Assembly (NCBI GenBank): GCA_043228905.1
Contig: JBHGNT010000012.1
Coordinates: 20,088,001 to 20,152,000 of the forward strand
Direction of reading: 5' to 3'
From: Azolla caroliniana
Lineage: Eukaryota > Plantae > Polypodiophyta
Length of the DNA stretch: 64,000 nt
In this document: positions 51,601 through 63,151 of the stretch, piece by piece
Layout: the number at the start of each line of letters is the position of its first letter
Numbering within the stretch: position 1 is the first letter of the stretch
Position numbers and translations under genes: made by a program
The notes under the pieces: generated by a model
What the model saw: the letters and a program-made list of their open reading frames with translations, nothing else
The model's database searches: none
Told to the model about the DNA's origin: nothing

Positions 51601-54324
51601 CCAGGACGCGGACTCGTCAAACACAACGTCGCGGCTGACACGCGCTTGTTTGGTGCGAGGGTTATAGCACTTATAACCCTTTTGCTCGTTCGAGTAACCG
51701 ACCAAGATGCATTTCTCGGCCTTTGCGTCCAGCTTCCTCCTTTTCTCCTTCGGTATATGCACATACGCAATGCTACCGAACACCCTCAAGTGTCGCAAGT
51801 TCGGCTTCGTTCCGAAATATAGCTCGTGCGCTGACACTTTGTCTCCGATCCGGTTCTGGATGTATACCGCGGTCCTTACCGCCTCAGCCCAGTAGAACTT
51901 GGGCAAGCTCTTCTCCTCCAGCATTGCCCGTGCCGCTTCCACAATCGATCGGTTCTTTCTCTCGGCCACGCCATTATGCTCCAGTGTGTATCTACAACTG
52001 AATTCGCGCCGAATTCCCATTTGTTGTAAATAACCATTGAATTGACCGAAAAAGTACTCTTTCCCGCCATCCGACCGCAGGCACTTGATCTTTCGTCCCG
52101 TTTCGGTTTCCACGAACTCCTTGAGGTCCCGGAAACAGTCGAAGACTTCGCTCTTCCTCTCAATGAGGTAGATCCACGTGTGCCGCGTGTGGTCGTCGAT
52201 GAAGGAGACGAAATATCGGCTCCCGCCAAGACTAACGTTTTGTGCCGGTCCCCACACATCGGAGTGTATAAGGTCGAGCTTGTTCCGGCTCCGGTTTCGC
52301 TCGTTGGGGAAGGGAAGTCGATGTTGCTTCCCGAGCTGGCAGGCTTCACAAATTTGTGCCTTTCGGCCACTAAATTTGGGCAATCCGAACACTACCTGTT
52401 TCGTTTGCAGATCTTGAAGCCGCTGGTAGTTGACATGGCCTATCCGCATGTGCCACAAGTCGATGTCCGACTCGGTCTTTTGTCCCTTCGCGAACATTGC
52501 GGTGCCGCCGTCAGTGGAGTCGAGGATGAACATCCTCCTGTCTCTGCACCCTTGCGCAATCACACGGCCTTCTTCCTCAATGAAGCACCCGAGGTGTGTA
52601 AACCGAACCTCCATCCCTTGGTCAACGATCTGTCCGACCTAGACCAAGTTTTTCGTGATTGTCGGGACGTGCAACACGTTCATGAGTTTCCCTTTCTGCC
52701 CAACATGGCTAAGGGGAACTTCTCCGACATTCGCGATCGGATGCGGAGTGTCGTCTCCTGTTGCGACTACTCCAGGTTGTATCGGTTTTTCAAGGTACGA
52801 GAACCACTCCTTATGGCTCGTCATGTGGTTTGACGCGCCGGAGTCTACATACCACACCTGGTCCGATCTCGGGGTGGTCTGCTTCATTGAGTTTGCTTCG
52901 TGTCTCGTCACGAAGTCAGTCCCTTCTCCGGCTCTCCTGGAGTCTTCGGCGTAGTGCGATCGGTGCCGATTTCCCTTGTCGGTATGTCTGGAGCCATTCC
53001 CGGAACCAGTTCTCTCCGAATCGACGCGCTTCTTCCAGCACTCACTTTCCTTGTGGCCTTTCTTACCACAGTACCAGCACTCCGCGATGGACTTCCCTTG
53101 CCGGTTCTCATCACTTTGACTCCCCCTGTTTCCGGAGGGTCCGGAGTTGTTGTCGGCATCACTTCGGTGCCTTCTTCCTTGATCACGTCGGCCGCCTCCA
53201 TTGCGCGCCGACTCGCCTCGTCCGCCACGACCACGGGGCCTTTCTCCCTCCGTGTACAACATCTTGCTATCGGTGTGCGTGCTCGTCGACACACCCGCGT
53301 GGTTCTCCTCTACCAGGAGCATCGACTGTAAGTCGAAAAAGGACGGCGTATTCTCCCGGGTACACACAACCGTTCGGAACGCTTCGAACTTCGACGCCAA
53401 ACCTCTGAGACAGATCTGGACCATCTCGCTCTCCTTGATGTTCACTTCTATGGAGGCGAGGGAGTTGCAGATATCCTTGATCTTCGAGGTATAGTCCGCC
53501 ACCAACAAGTCGCGTTGTCGTAGGTTGCTCAACTCCTGTTGGAGCTGAAGCTTCCTGGCTGTGGTGCTTGCGGCGAAAATCTTCTTCAGATTTTCCCACG
53601 CACCCTTCGGCGTCTTTGCATCCCGAACATAGCTCAATAGCTGTTCGCCCACACACGACGCAAAGCAGTATAGTACCCTGCTCGCTGATTGCTCCCACGA
53701 CGGGAAGTCTGTGTGTGTTGATTCGGGTGCCGCGTCATTAGCTCCTTCGACATAACTCCAGTAGCCATGCCCGAGCAGGTACTGGTGCATCTTGTAGGAC
53801 CAAGACGCGTAGTTGGTTCTGTCGAGCTTCTCTGTTGGAAGCGAGCTCGCCATGGCTCTATCCATCGTTCTTCTTGTTCTTCTTCGTCAAGCTGTGTCGG
53901 CTGCAGAGAGGTTCTCAACATCGCGCTTTGATACCATGTAGAAAGTAGCGTGCGGAAGCAGGTATGAAGACAGAACAGAGGAAGGAAACACAGGTTTAAT
54001 GAAGAGCTTGAGCTTACACGGTATACGCAGGAGAGACAGAGAGAGAGAACACAAAAAACTATATTTCACAATAATACTCAATCTCTGTACATAAGACGTG
54101 CTCAGTGAGCACTTTTATACAAGTCCTAAAAGGACTGACCGAAGTACTGACAGTACTTCAATGCTCATCAAGAGCCCCTACACTAACTCCCAAATATATT
54201 CCTCACGGAATATCTTTCCTAACGACCTCCCGGTTTACGCACTCGGCCTAACCGATTGGTCCCAACCGATCCGGTCCTCGGCTTCTTCAGCCGATCCGGC
54301 CGATGTTGAGCTTGTCTCTCAACA
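48666..54324 (-). mobile_element. Copia E: young full-length Ty1/Copia element, same lineage as Copia A
   Basis: 388-bp LTRs 48666-49053 and 53937-54324 with 4 transitions counted by eye; TSD GAGAT; PBS TGGTATCAAAGC 53925-53936; PPT 49054-49066. Confidence 0.98.
49048..53865 (-). pseudogene. Copia E Gag-Pol with a single in-frame stop (TAG 52639-52641) and a ~170-aa C-terminal extension
   Basis: ORFs 52639-53865 and 49048-52614 are in the same frame (KNLV*VGQ, expected KNLVSVGQ); CWYCGKKGHKESEC, VDSGAS, integrase, YVDDL and RNase H present; the stop lies in the first bases of the LTR. Confidence 0.93.
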
Positions 54325-55306
54325 GAGATGTATAATTTCCTTACCAACCAACCGAAAAGGAGGAATTTCTAGACTAGGGGTTAAATATATAAATTTTTAG
54401 GAAGAATTGGAAGAGTTGAAGGAGTTAATCCTACACGAGGAGTAATATAGACAATCATCAAAGGGTTGGAAGATGCCAAGATATAGTTTCGATGAAATCT
54501 TCAAAAGCATGACGGTTGCTACACTAGGGCTATGCTCGTCGATCATTTTAGTTTGATACAAACCCATGACAATTTCATTTTATCATCATCATCATCTTCT
54601 TCTTCTTCATCTTATCCTCATCTTGGTTTGAAAAGTTGTGCTATTCCTCATCCTACCCCATACTGATTATCATCGACCAACTTGACAGTCTCACGATGGT
54701 TTGAACTCGGCTCACATAACCACTCGTTTCTTCATATTCTTCTTCTTGTCCTTATCCTCATCCTAGTTATGGTCCTTTGTGCTAGTCTTGGTCCTACCCC
54801 ATACAATCTTATTGTCCATCGATCGTCTCACGGGCACTCTGAACCCCAACTCACATAACAACTTGTAACAGTGGGTGGAGAGAGTTCGACCCTAGCATGG
54901 CAGAGCTTTCGTGTGTGTACTTTGCGTGACGCGATTTCCGATCGGGGGCAGGATGGAGGAGTCAGAAGGCATCATCTCGGAGCCCCCGACCGGCCGACTT
55001 CCAGACATCTGCTCGGGTGTGAACACCCCCCCCTCGTGAGTGAGAGCAAATGAGGAGAACCAAAAATATAATCTCTTCCAAACTTTAGCCAAAACCTTAA
55101 GCCTATCAAAAAACAAAACAAAAAACCCTTAACAAGAAAACTAGTGCAAAGGAGGGGGGGCCAGAAATATAAATTCTTCCAAAATTTAACCAAAACCTAA
55201 GCCCCTCTCAAAAAAAGACCTTAACAAAAAACTAGTGCTGAGAATTTACTCAGGCTTTTTTCTGACTCTAGGGTTTCCATCCTTTTTCTAGGGTTTTCAA
55301 GCTCCC

Positions 55307-56491
55307 ATGGCGAGCTTCAGATCAGTCGCAGCCGGCGCTGCTCCCGCAGACGACGACCTCCCCTCCGACGATGAAGATGAATATGGCGATGGCAGCAGCG
55401 ACAGCGGTGACGAACCCTCAGAGATTCTCCAGTCCCACCCCCGCCCTAACGCCGTCTACAACTCCATCGCCATCCATGAGAAGCTCGAAGAGATCGGATG
55501 GCCTGAAGACCTCGATTGGCTCCACTCCCTCTCTGTTTCCTTTGACACCAATGATGCAGAGATCGACGTGAACGATGACCTCGCTCGAGAGATGGCTTTC
55601 TACACTCAAGCTCTCGAAGGAACTCGCGAAGCTTTCATGAAGCTCCAATCTCTCGGCATTCCTTTTCTGAGACCTGTCGACTATTACGCGGAGATGGTGA
55701 AGAGCGATGTCCATATGCTGAAGGTGAAAGAGTCGCTTCTGTCTCAGCAGAAGCAGATGGAAGAGATAGAAGAGAGAAGGAAAGCTCGAGAATCCAAGAG
55801 GTTCTCTAAAGAAGTGCAGGCAGAGAAGATAAAGGAGAGAGCCAAGGAGAAGAAAGAGAGTATCGAGTCTGTGAAGAAATGGAGGAAGATGAGGCAAGAT
55901 AAAGGATTTGAAGGTGAGGAAGACGCGTTCCCTGTGGATTTTGATGATGGGGATGGAAACGTTCGGAAACCTGCCTTCAACAAGAGGAAAAGGAATGACT
56001 CGGAGGGAAGAGGTAATGGAAATCTTGATCCAAATAGCAGAAGTCCAAAGAGACAATTTGGAGCTTCAGTAAGAGGAAAAGGAAGGGAATTTGGAAATGG
56101 AAAGCTCGAGTCCAATAGCAAGAACCCTAACAAGAGTTCATTTGGGGATTCAGGAAGAGGAAATGGAAAAGAGTTCAATAAAGGAAAGCTCGACTCCAAT
56201 AGTAGAAGTCCTAACAAGAGATCCTTCGGAGCTTCAGGAAGAGGGAATGGAATATCTTTTGATCAGGACGGAGGAGGTAAGAAAAGAAGTAATACTAATG
56301 CTGCACCTTGGGATAGATCTGGTGGGAAAGGGAAGAAAACAGTAGGTAAAGGTAGTAAGGTCTCAAAGAACAGAAAAGCTCGAGATTCCAAGTATGGCCA
56401 TGGTGGAAGGAAGAGTATGAAGAAAGCCAACACTGCAGAGTCTTCTGCAGGATTTTTCGGATCAAAAGGAAGCAAAGGGAAAAGGAAATAG
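55307..56491 (+). CDS. EBP2: rRNA-processing protein EBP2 homolog (394 aa, intronless)
   Basis: Ebp2 motifs DVNDDLAREMAFYTQAL, PFLRPVDYYAEMVKSDVHM and KNRKARDSKYGHGGRK..KKANTAES; telo-box-like TAGGGTTT twice just upstream (about 55269 and 55289). Confidence 0.96.
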   Translation: MASFRSVAAGAAPADDDLPSDDEDEYGDGSSDSGDEPSEILQSHPRPNAVYNSIAIHEKLEEIGWPEDLDWLHSLSVSFDTNDAEIDVNDDLAREMAFYTQALEGTREAFMKLQSLGIPFLRPVDYYAEMVKSDVHMLKVKESLLSQQKQMEEIEERRKARESKRFSKEVQAEKIKERAKEKKESIESVKKWRKMRQDKGFEGEEDAFPVDFDDGDGNVRKPAFNKRKRNDSEGRGNGNLDPNSRSPKRQFGASVRGKGREFGNGKLESNSKNPNKSSFGDSGRGNGKEFNKGKLDSNSRSPNKRSFGASGRGNGISFDQDGGGKKRSNTNAAPWDRSGGKGKKTVGKGSKVSKNRKARDSKYGHGGRKSMKKANTAESSAGFFGSKGSKGKRK

Positions 56492-57459
56492 TATTGCTTT
56501 TTTTATACATGCTTTAATGAAATCTCGTTATCTTCATCTTCTTCTTCATTTTAAATGAGGTAAGAGATGGATGTAAGAAAAGAAAGCTCATTTTTGCAGG
56601 TTTTATTGTCTGCTACCAGTTTTGTTTGAGAGATTTCTAGTTCTTTTCTTACAATTGATAGCATGTGTTTTGTTCTTATTTCAAATCAAATCACAAAATT
56701 TAAGGGCTTCCACAATGACTGTGTTCTGAGATATTGGAATTGTGGGGTTTGAAAATGTGATGCTTTATTGAATTCTGTTAAATTCTCGGTAGTATTTTCA
56801 TTCATGACTGCATATAGATTGTTTCCTCTCGACTGTTTGTTTAGTTCATCACTTGTGTTATATGTGATACTCTCATGTGTATGTATGTACATTGATCGTC
56901 TGTATATAACTAATAACTAAAAGGATCATTTGAAAGAATGGACTAAGCATATTTATAATTCCTGTTGTGTTACATCCACAGGACCAATGATTAGTAAGGG
57001 TAGGAATTATGTAAATCTATTGGGAAGTTACAATTGAGTAGAAGAAATATCTTGACTGGTTAGAAGTTTGTTTTTTGGTATTGAAGATCATAAAAGAGTG
57101 TACTATTGGAGTGTTAAGTAGGGCTATGATGATGATATTTCTCGATGCTGAGGTACAAATACACATCACAAGTGTGTTTTTTGCATGCTGATCAATGTGC
57201 AAAACTGAGCCCTTTAGCTACTTATTTTCAATAGCCTTGTGATTAGTACATGCATTTAGGTGATGCGCTGCTACTTTGTTATGTTGAGAGTCTGTTTGGT
57301 TTTATGTGATTTATACTCTGATGGATATATGTTTTAACAGTGTTTAGAAGGAAGCATTACAAAGGAGTGCTTCATGATGACAGTATAAAGTCTCCATGAT
57401 AACCCATTTGTCTAGATAAAAGCAGTAGATATGAAAAACTGTTGGCAGTGGTCCAAGTC

Positions 57460-58520
57460 TATTCTGGATACACTCTGTGAGAATAGACAACATTGTTTAG
57501 CAATTTTGACGGAACAGAGGCCCACATGAAAGATCTTGTTTATAACTAATTGGATGGACCTGAGCCTCAAACAAAAAACTTTGTTTAGCCATTTTGATGG
57601 AACAGAGGCTCACATGAAAGATCTTGTTTATAACCAATTTGATGGACCCGAACCTCAAACAAAAAACTTTGTTTAGCCATTTTGATGGAACAGAGGCTCA
57701 CATGAAAGATCTTGTTTATAACCAATTTGATGGACCTGAGCCTCAAACAAAAAACTTTGTTTAGCCATTTTGATGGAACAGAGGCTCACATGGAAGATCT
57801 TGTTTATTCTGGATACACTCTGTGAGAATAGACAACATTGTTTAGCAATTTTGACGGAACAGAGGCCCACATGAAAGATCTTGTTTATAACTAATTGGAT
57901 GGACCCGAGCCTCAAACAAAAAACTTTGTTTAGCCATTTTGATGGAACAGAGGCTCACATGAAAGATCTTGTTTATAACCAATTTGATGGACCCGAACCT
58001 CAAACAAAAAACTTTGTTTAGCCATTTTGATGGAACAGAGGCTCACATGAAAGATCTTGTTTATAACCAATTTGATGGACCTGAGCCTCAAACAAAAAAC
58101 TTTGTTTAGTCATTTTGATGGAACAGAGGCTCACATGGAAGATCTTGTTTATTCTGGATACACTCTGTGAGAATAGACAACATTGTTTAGCAATTTTGAC
58201 GGAACAGAGGCCCACATGAAAGATCTTGTTTATAACTAATTGGATGGACCCGAGCCTCAAACAAAAAACTTTGTTTAGCCATTTTGATGGAACAGAGGCT
58301 CACATGAAAGATCTTGTTTATAACCAATTTGATGGACCCGAACCTCAAACAAAAAACTTTGTTTAGCCATTTTGATGGAACAGAGGCTCACATGGAAGAT
58401 CTTGTTTATAACCAATTTGATAAACCTGAGCCTAAAACAAAGTTTTTTGTTTTAGCCATTTTGATGGAACAGAACTGGAATTGAAAAACATTGTTTAGCC
58501 ATTTGGGTGGAACAGAGCTT
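57460..58520. repeat. Tandem repeat: 88-bp monomer organised in a 345-bp higher-order unit (3x88+81), about 3 HOR copies
   Basis: Monomer anchors GTTTAG at 57583, 57671, 57759 and 57840; near-identical ORF translations 345 bp apart (57673 and 58018). Confidence 0.95.
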
Positions 58521-59215
58521 GAAAGGAAAGTTGGGGGGGAGTGTGTCGAAGATACTGGAATCCCTAAAAACAAATCCTCATGACCATTAGGCCAATTGTT
58601 GGGTCAACTAATGCAAAAGCCATAGACAAAGGTAATCCGATACTAGTGTGATAATTTGGCTTCGTAGGTCATCCTCATATGTCACAATTGCTATGATTGA
58701 AGCTATTCAACACTGAATAGAACTATGTTAAGGCCCTCCCTGTCAATTCTATGAGGCATTAGTTAACTTCTAATTTAGGTTATTTTTGTGAGAGAGGTGA
58801 GTTTATGCTAAGTGAGTAAAGTGGCTTGAGAGTGATTGACAAAACTCTTACCCAATCCACAATCATTAGGGTATATGGCAGTCCAAATCCTTTGGCTCAC
58901 GTTGCACAATACCAGTGTAGGGGTACAACTACACCTATCCAAAGTCATGCATATGGTGGAGAACACCTTGAGTCTACCATGTATAAGGGTGGGATGGTCA
59001 AATGGTCATTTTTGTTTGAGTGAGTGCAGAATGAGCGAAGACTGTTGATAGTATTTTGGACTGGTGCATTTGGTTCAACAACACCATCACAACTCATATG
59101 TATTGCAATAGGTAATAAATCCCTATTACCAAATCTCTTATGAAAGAGATGATAACTAGAGGTTGAGAGAGAAATGGCTCTCTGCGACTATCTCTTGAGA
59201 ACTAAGCTAATATAA

Positions 59216-59677
59216 TAACAATTGGCAACGGTTCGGTTTGAGAGGGTCCAAACCGTTTAATTTTTTTGAAACCTAAACTGAACCGAACCGCAAACTGTTA
59301 AACCAAACAAACATTTTTCAAACTATAAAAACCACGGTTTCGGTTTTCAACATAAGTCAAATTTTAAATTTATAATATTTCATTTTCTAAAATTTTTAAA
59401 ATTTTTAAGATGTTCTTAAAATGTGAAAATAAAGTCTAAAAATGAAAAGATTGCTTAAAAACAATTTTAAATTTTTTTTAGAATTGTTTAAAAAATTTTA
59501 CAATTTTTTTTTAAAAGAAATAAAAAATTGTTAAACCGTTTAAACCGCGGGTTTTTGCTGATGAAACTGAACCGAATTGTTTTAAAAAACCCAAACCTGA
59601 ACTGAACCGAACCATTGAAGCTGTTAAAACTGCGGTTTCGCGGTTTGGTTCGGTTCAAACCGAACCGTTGCTTGTTA
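59216..59677. mobile_element. MITE (hAT-like), longer relative of 2611-2730
   Basis: Ends TAACAATTGGCAACGGTTCGGTTTG ... CAAACCGAACCGTTGCTTGTTA; AACCG-rich subterminal repeats; AT-rich core; no clear TSD. Confidence 0.8.
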
Positions 59678-61652
59678 CTTGCTAACTACAACCACCACCG
59701 TCTCTTCATCGACAATAGTTCATGTATAATTGGCGGCACTTCTTCATCGACAAGGATTCATATATAATTGGTGACATTTCTTCATCACAAAGGGTTTGTA
59801 GATAATTGGTGAGGGAGGGAAAATAACATTGTATGCCCTTTCCACTTAAATTATCACGAATGGCCCATAAATGGGCTTTACACACTCTCTGTCCCATCTT
59901 TAAGAATGCTTTTGCCAAGTTGCCCCTTTGCTAAGAGACAAATACCCCTTCACATACACCTACTTATCTATCCCATAGTTAAATTATAGAATTACATGAT
60001 TTCTTTATATGTCCCTCATTTAGATGGCTAACATACCATACTATGTTTAATTTTGTACTTACTATACAAACCTCATAACTTTTCTTTGCGATCATTGGCA
60101 CCCATTGTTTCCTCCTATAAAAATCGGCGCCAACATATTTTCCACGATAAAAAGAGTAGAAATGATAACAATGGCCTTTCGAAGCAAGATGGAGTAAAGA
60201 ATAAAGCACCTACTTTTTACATACAACTTGCTCACCGAATGGGGCTAGTTTTCGTCAAAGACTTCTGGAAGTCAACAATTACTCATACACTCGTCACAAA
60301 GCAACAATAGGACATTAATTCCATTGATGCAAATTCCACATATTGAACTCAACTTGTCTCCCACATCATTATCAATCAAATCAAACCAAACGATGGCATG
60401 ATATTTTTCAAACGAATCTACAAATCCATGGAAATTTCCAAGAAAATGACAAAGAAGAATTACTCTAAAAAGTGTCAAGAATGGCCATCATTACTCTATG
60501 AGTGGCCTAGAAAGGTGAGAACGTGCCTTTTCAAACGTCCACTCATATATGAACATATATCTCACAAGGAATAGAATTTACTACATAAATACATGGCGAG
60601 CAATCGTGTGCAATGACTGCAATTTGAGAACCGTAGACATATAAGGTCAAAGCATACAAATTTTCAACATCTCAAATATTTCAAAAAGAGTCTAAGACAC
60701 TTGCTTTGTGTGTGTGTGTGTGTGTGTGTTTGTGTTGAATGGGGGGGGGGGGGGGGGTATATTGCCGTTGGGAGGGTGAAAAGGAAAGGATTGAAACCAT
60801 GTGGTCCTAGGACATTAACAACATATCTTGAAACTTTTGTTCAATTAAGAACCATACACAAAGCATGCAGTTGCAAAGGGTGCGAAAGACTAATATTTTC
60901 GACATGCAAACATCAATGAGGAAAGTTATAGCAACGAGTTCTTTTCTTCTTCATTTTTTGTTTGCATGGGGGATGCCTTGCATGACATTTGGAATGGGGG
61001 CGAGTCAACAACAGATACATAAAAGCAACACGAACGACGGAGTTTAAAGTATGTGTAGATTACATATATAACATATACATAGGATTCGAGATGGAGGACC
61101 GACCATCAACATACACGTACGTGCCTTTGTGTTTTACAAAATTACGAGGATGCTCCCCCTTGAAAGAGAAGAAGTTTTGGTCTTCATGAAGGAGGGAAGA
61201 GAAGTTGTGGCTTTGCATGAGCAAACTAATGTTGTTTTCTGGTATAAAGTTGCGTGAGGTCGAGAAATGTCATCATGTAAAAGGCCAATGTTAAGAGAGG
61301 CAAGCCGACCGGTCAAATGGACCCCCCCATGTAAGAGACAAAAGTCGAGGTCCGAGAGACCAATCTCCCGGCCAAGCCCCCAATTGGATGGATCAATCCG
61401 AGTTTTGACCCAACTCCCGGCCAAGCCCCCAATTGGATGTATCAACCCGATGCATATGCATATCAATGCCTCTACCTGCCTTTTGCCTGTCTGTCTTTGC
61501 ACCCAAAAGAAGAAGGAAGAAGAAGAAAAAACCCTAACTTTTTAAGCACGTGCGCAAATAGAAAACGGCGGCAATTTGAGCACGTGCGCAAATGGAAGAA
61601 AGGGGGCTCATTTTTAAGCACGTGTCAAAAAAGGGAAGAGTGAACGCGTTTT

Positions 61653-61903
61653 CCCCTCTCTCTCTCTTGTCTCTGTGTGTCTCTCTAGACTCTCTCTCTC
61701 TTCTTTTTTGTAAACTCTCTCTCTGTCTCTGTGTGTGTGTGTGTCTCTCTCTCTCTAAACTCTCTCTTTGTCTATGTGTGTGTGTCTCTCTCTTTCTTTC
61801 TCTCTCTGCGTATGTGCGTGTCTCTCTCTCTCTCTGTCTCTGCGTGTGTGCGTGTCTCTCTCTCTAGACTCTCTCTGTCTCTATCTGTGTGTGTGTGTGT
61901 GTC

Positions 61904-61942
<39 letters not shown>

Positions 61943-62030
61943 AACTCTCTCTGTCTCTGTCTCTGTCTCTGTCTCTGTGTGTGTCTCGACTCTCTCTCTC
62001 TCTCTCTAGACTCTCTCTCTGCCTCTGTCT
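61653..62030. repeat. Complex (CT)/(GT)/(CTCTGT) microsatellite upstream of the AN1 gene
   Basis: Direct reading; recurrent ctctctagactctc and taaactctc junction words. Confidence 0.95.
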
Positions 62031-62329
62031 GCCGCATCTCTGATGTGTTGTGGTCTCTTTGTCTGTGCCTTTTAATCCATCGATCGCCATAGCCCTTCTT
62101 CTTATATCTATCTATCTCTTTCTGTTCTGTTCTTTGCTCTGTTTTCTGCCCTCACTTCTCAGTCTCTCTGGTTCCTGCTCTCTCTCTCTCTCTCACCTCT
62201 GTTTTTTCTTGGCTCTGATCTGCCCCCCCTCCTCTGTTGGTCTAGGGTTTTTTGTTTTTGCTTCATTCTGTTGGTCTAGCTAACCCTTTTGCTCCCTGAT
62301 CCCTTTCCTTTCCTCCTCTTTCTTTCTTC

Positions 62330-63151
62330 ATGGCTCAGCACAGCACAGATCCCTCTCAGCTCCCCTCAACAGACTCCATGAAGAAAAGCTCTTCTTGCTT
62401 CTCAGAGAAGCAGGGTAGCAGCAGCAGCAGTAGCCTTGAACCCAACACCACTACTAGTGTGGCCTCGGATTTGAGTGCCATATCCTTGCCACATGCCATG
62501 GAAACTACTACCACCGACATCTCTGCCCATCCCTCCTCTATTTCAGCATCTCTGTCTGTTCTGCGCTCCGATCCTGATGTGCCACAGCAAAACCCTAGCA
62601 CACAACCCTGCCCTGTGCCGTGCCATCACCATCACCATCACCATCACCATCCCCATCCTCCTCATTCTGTTCATGTCGGTGCTTCTGGATCATCATCCAC
62701 CACCGACACTGCATCGCCATCAAATCGGTGTTCATGCCATGCCAGCCCCGCGGCGTGGTCATGGTTATCCTCCACTTCAGCAGAGATTATGGAGATCCAG
62801 AACATTCCCGCACTCTCGCTAGTAGCTGAACCAGAATTAGATGCCCTTCGCCCCAACACGAATCGTCCGAGCCCTCCTATACCCGGAGTTTACACTAGTC
62901 TCTCTCCCTTCGGAGAAGAGCAAGGAAAGAATCCACAAGGAATGGTGATGGCAAGACAGAGATCATGTGAGGCGTGTCGCAAGCGAGTAGGCCTCGTCGG
63001 CGGATTCAAGTGCAAGTGTGGAGGGTTATTCTGTGGTGTGCATAGGTATTCGGATCGGCACAAGTGTACCTTCGACTACAAGGCAGCTGGAAGAGAAGCC
63101 ATAGCTAAAGAGAATCCTCGGGTGGAGGCCATCAAGCTGGTGAAGATTTGA
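62330..63151 (+). CDS. AN1 zinc-finger stress-associated (SAP-family) protein lacking a recognisable A20 finger, 273 aa, intronless
   Basis: C-terminal [61 protein letters not shown] is a canonical SAP AN1 end. Confidence 0.92.
   Translation: MAQHSTDPSQLPSTDSMKKSSSCFSEKQGSSSSSSLEPNTTTSVASDLSAISLPHAMETTTTDISAHPSSISASLSVLRSDPDVPQQNPSTQPCPVPCHHHHHHHHHPHPPHSVHVGASGSSSTTDTASPSNRCSCHASPAAWSWLSSTSAEIMEIQNIPALSLVAEPELDALRPNTNRPSPPIPGVYTSLSPFGEEQGKNPQGMVMARQRSCEACRKRVGLVGGFKCKCGGLFCGVHRYSDRHKCTFDYKAAGREAIAKENPRVEAIKLVKI

Noticed and set aside
52042-53408. Long antisense ORFs over Copia E pol/gag (also antisense to EBP2 at 55418-56217)
   Set aside because: Shadow ORFs of GC-rich or repetitive coding strands with no recognisable motifs.
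61592-62283. Leu/Ser/Cys/Val-rich ORFs upstream of the AN1 gene
   Set aside because: Translations of CT/GT microsatellites.
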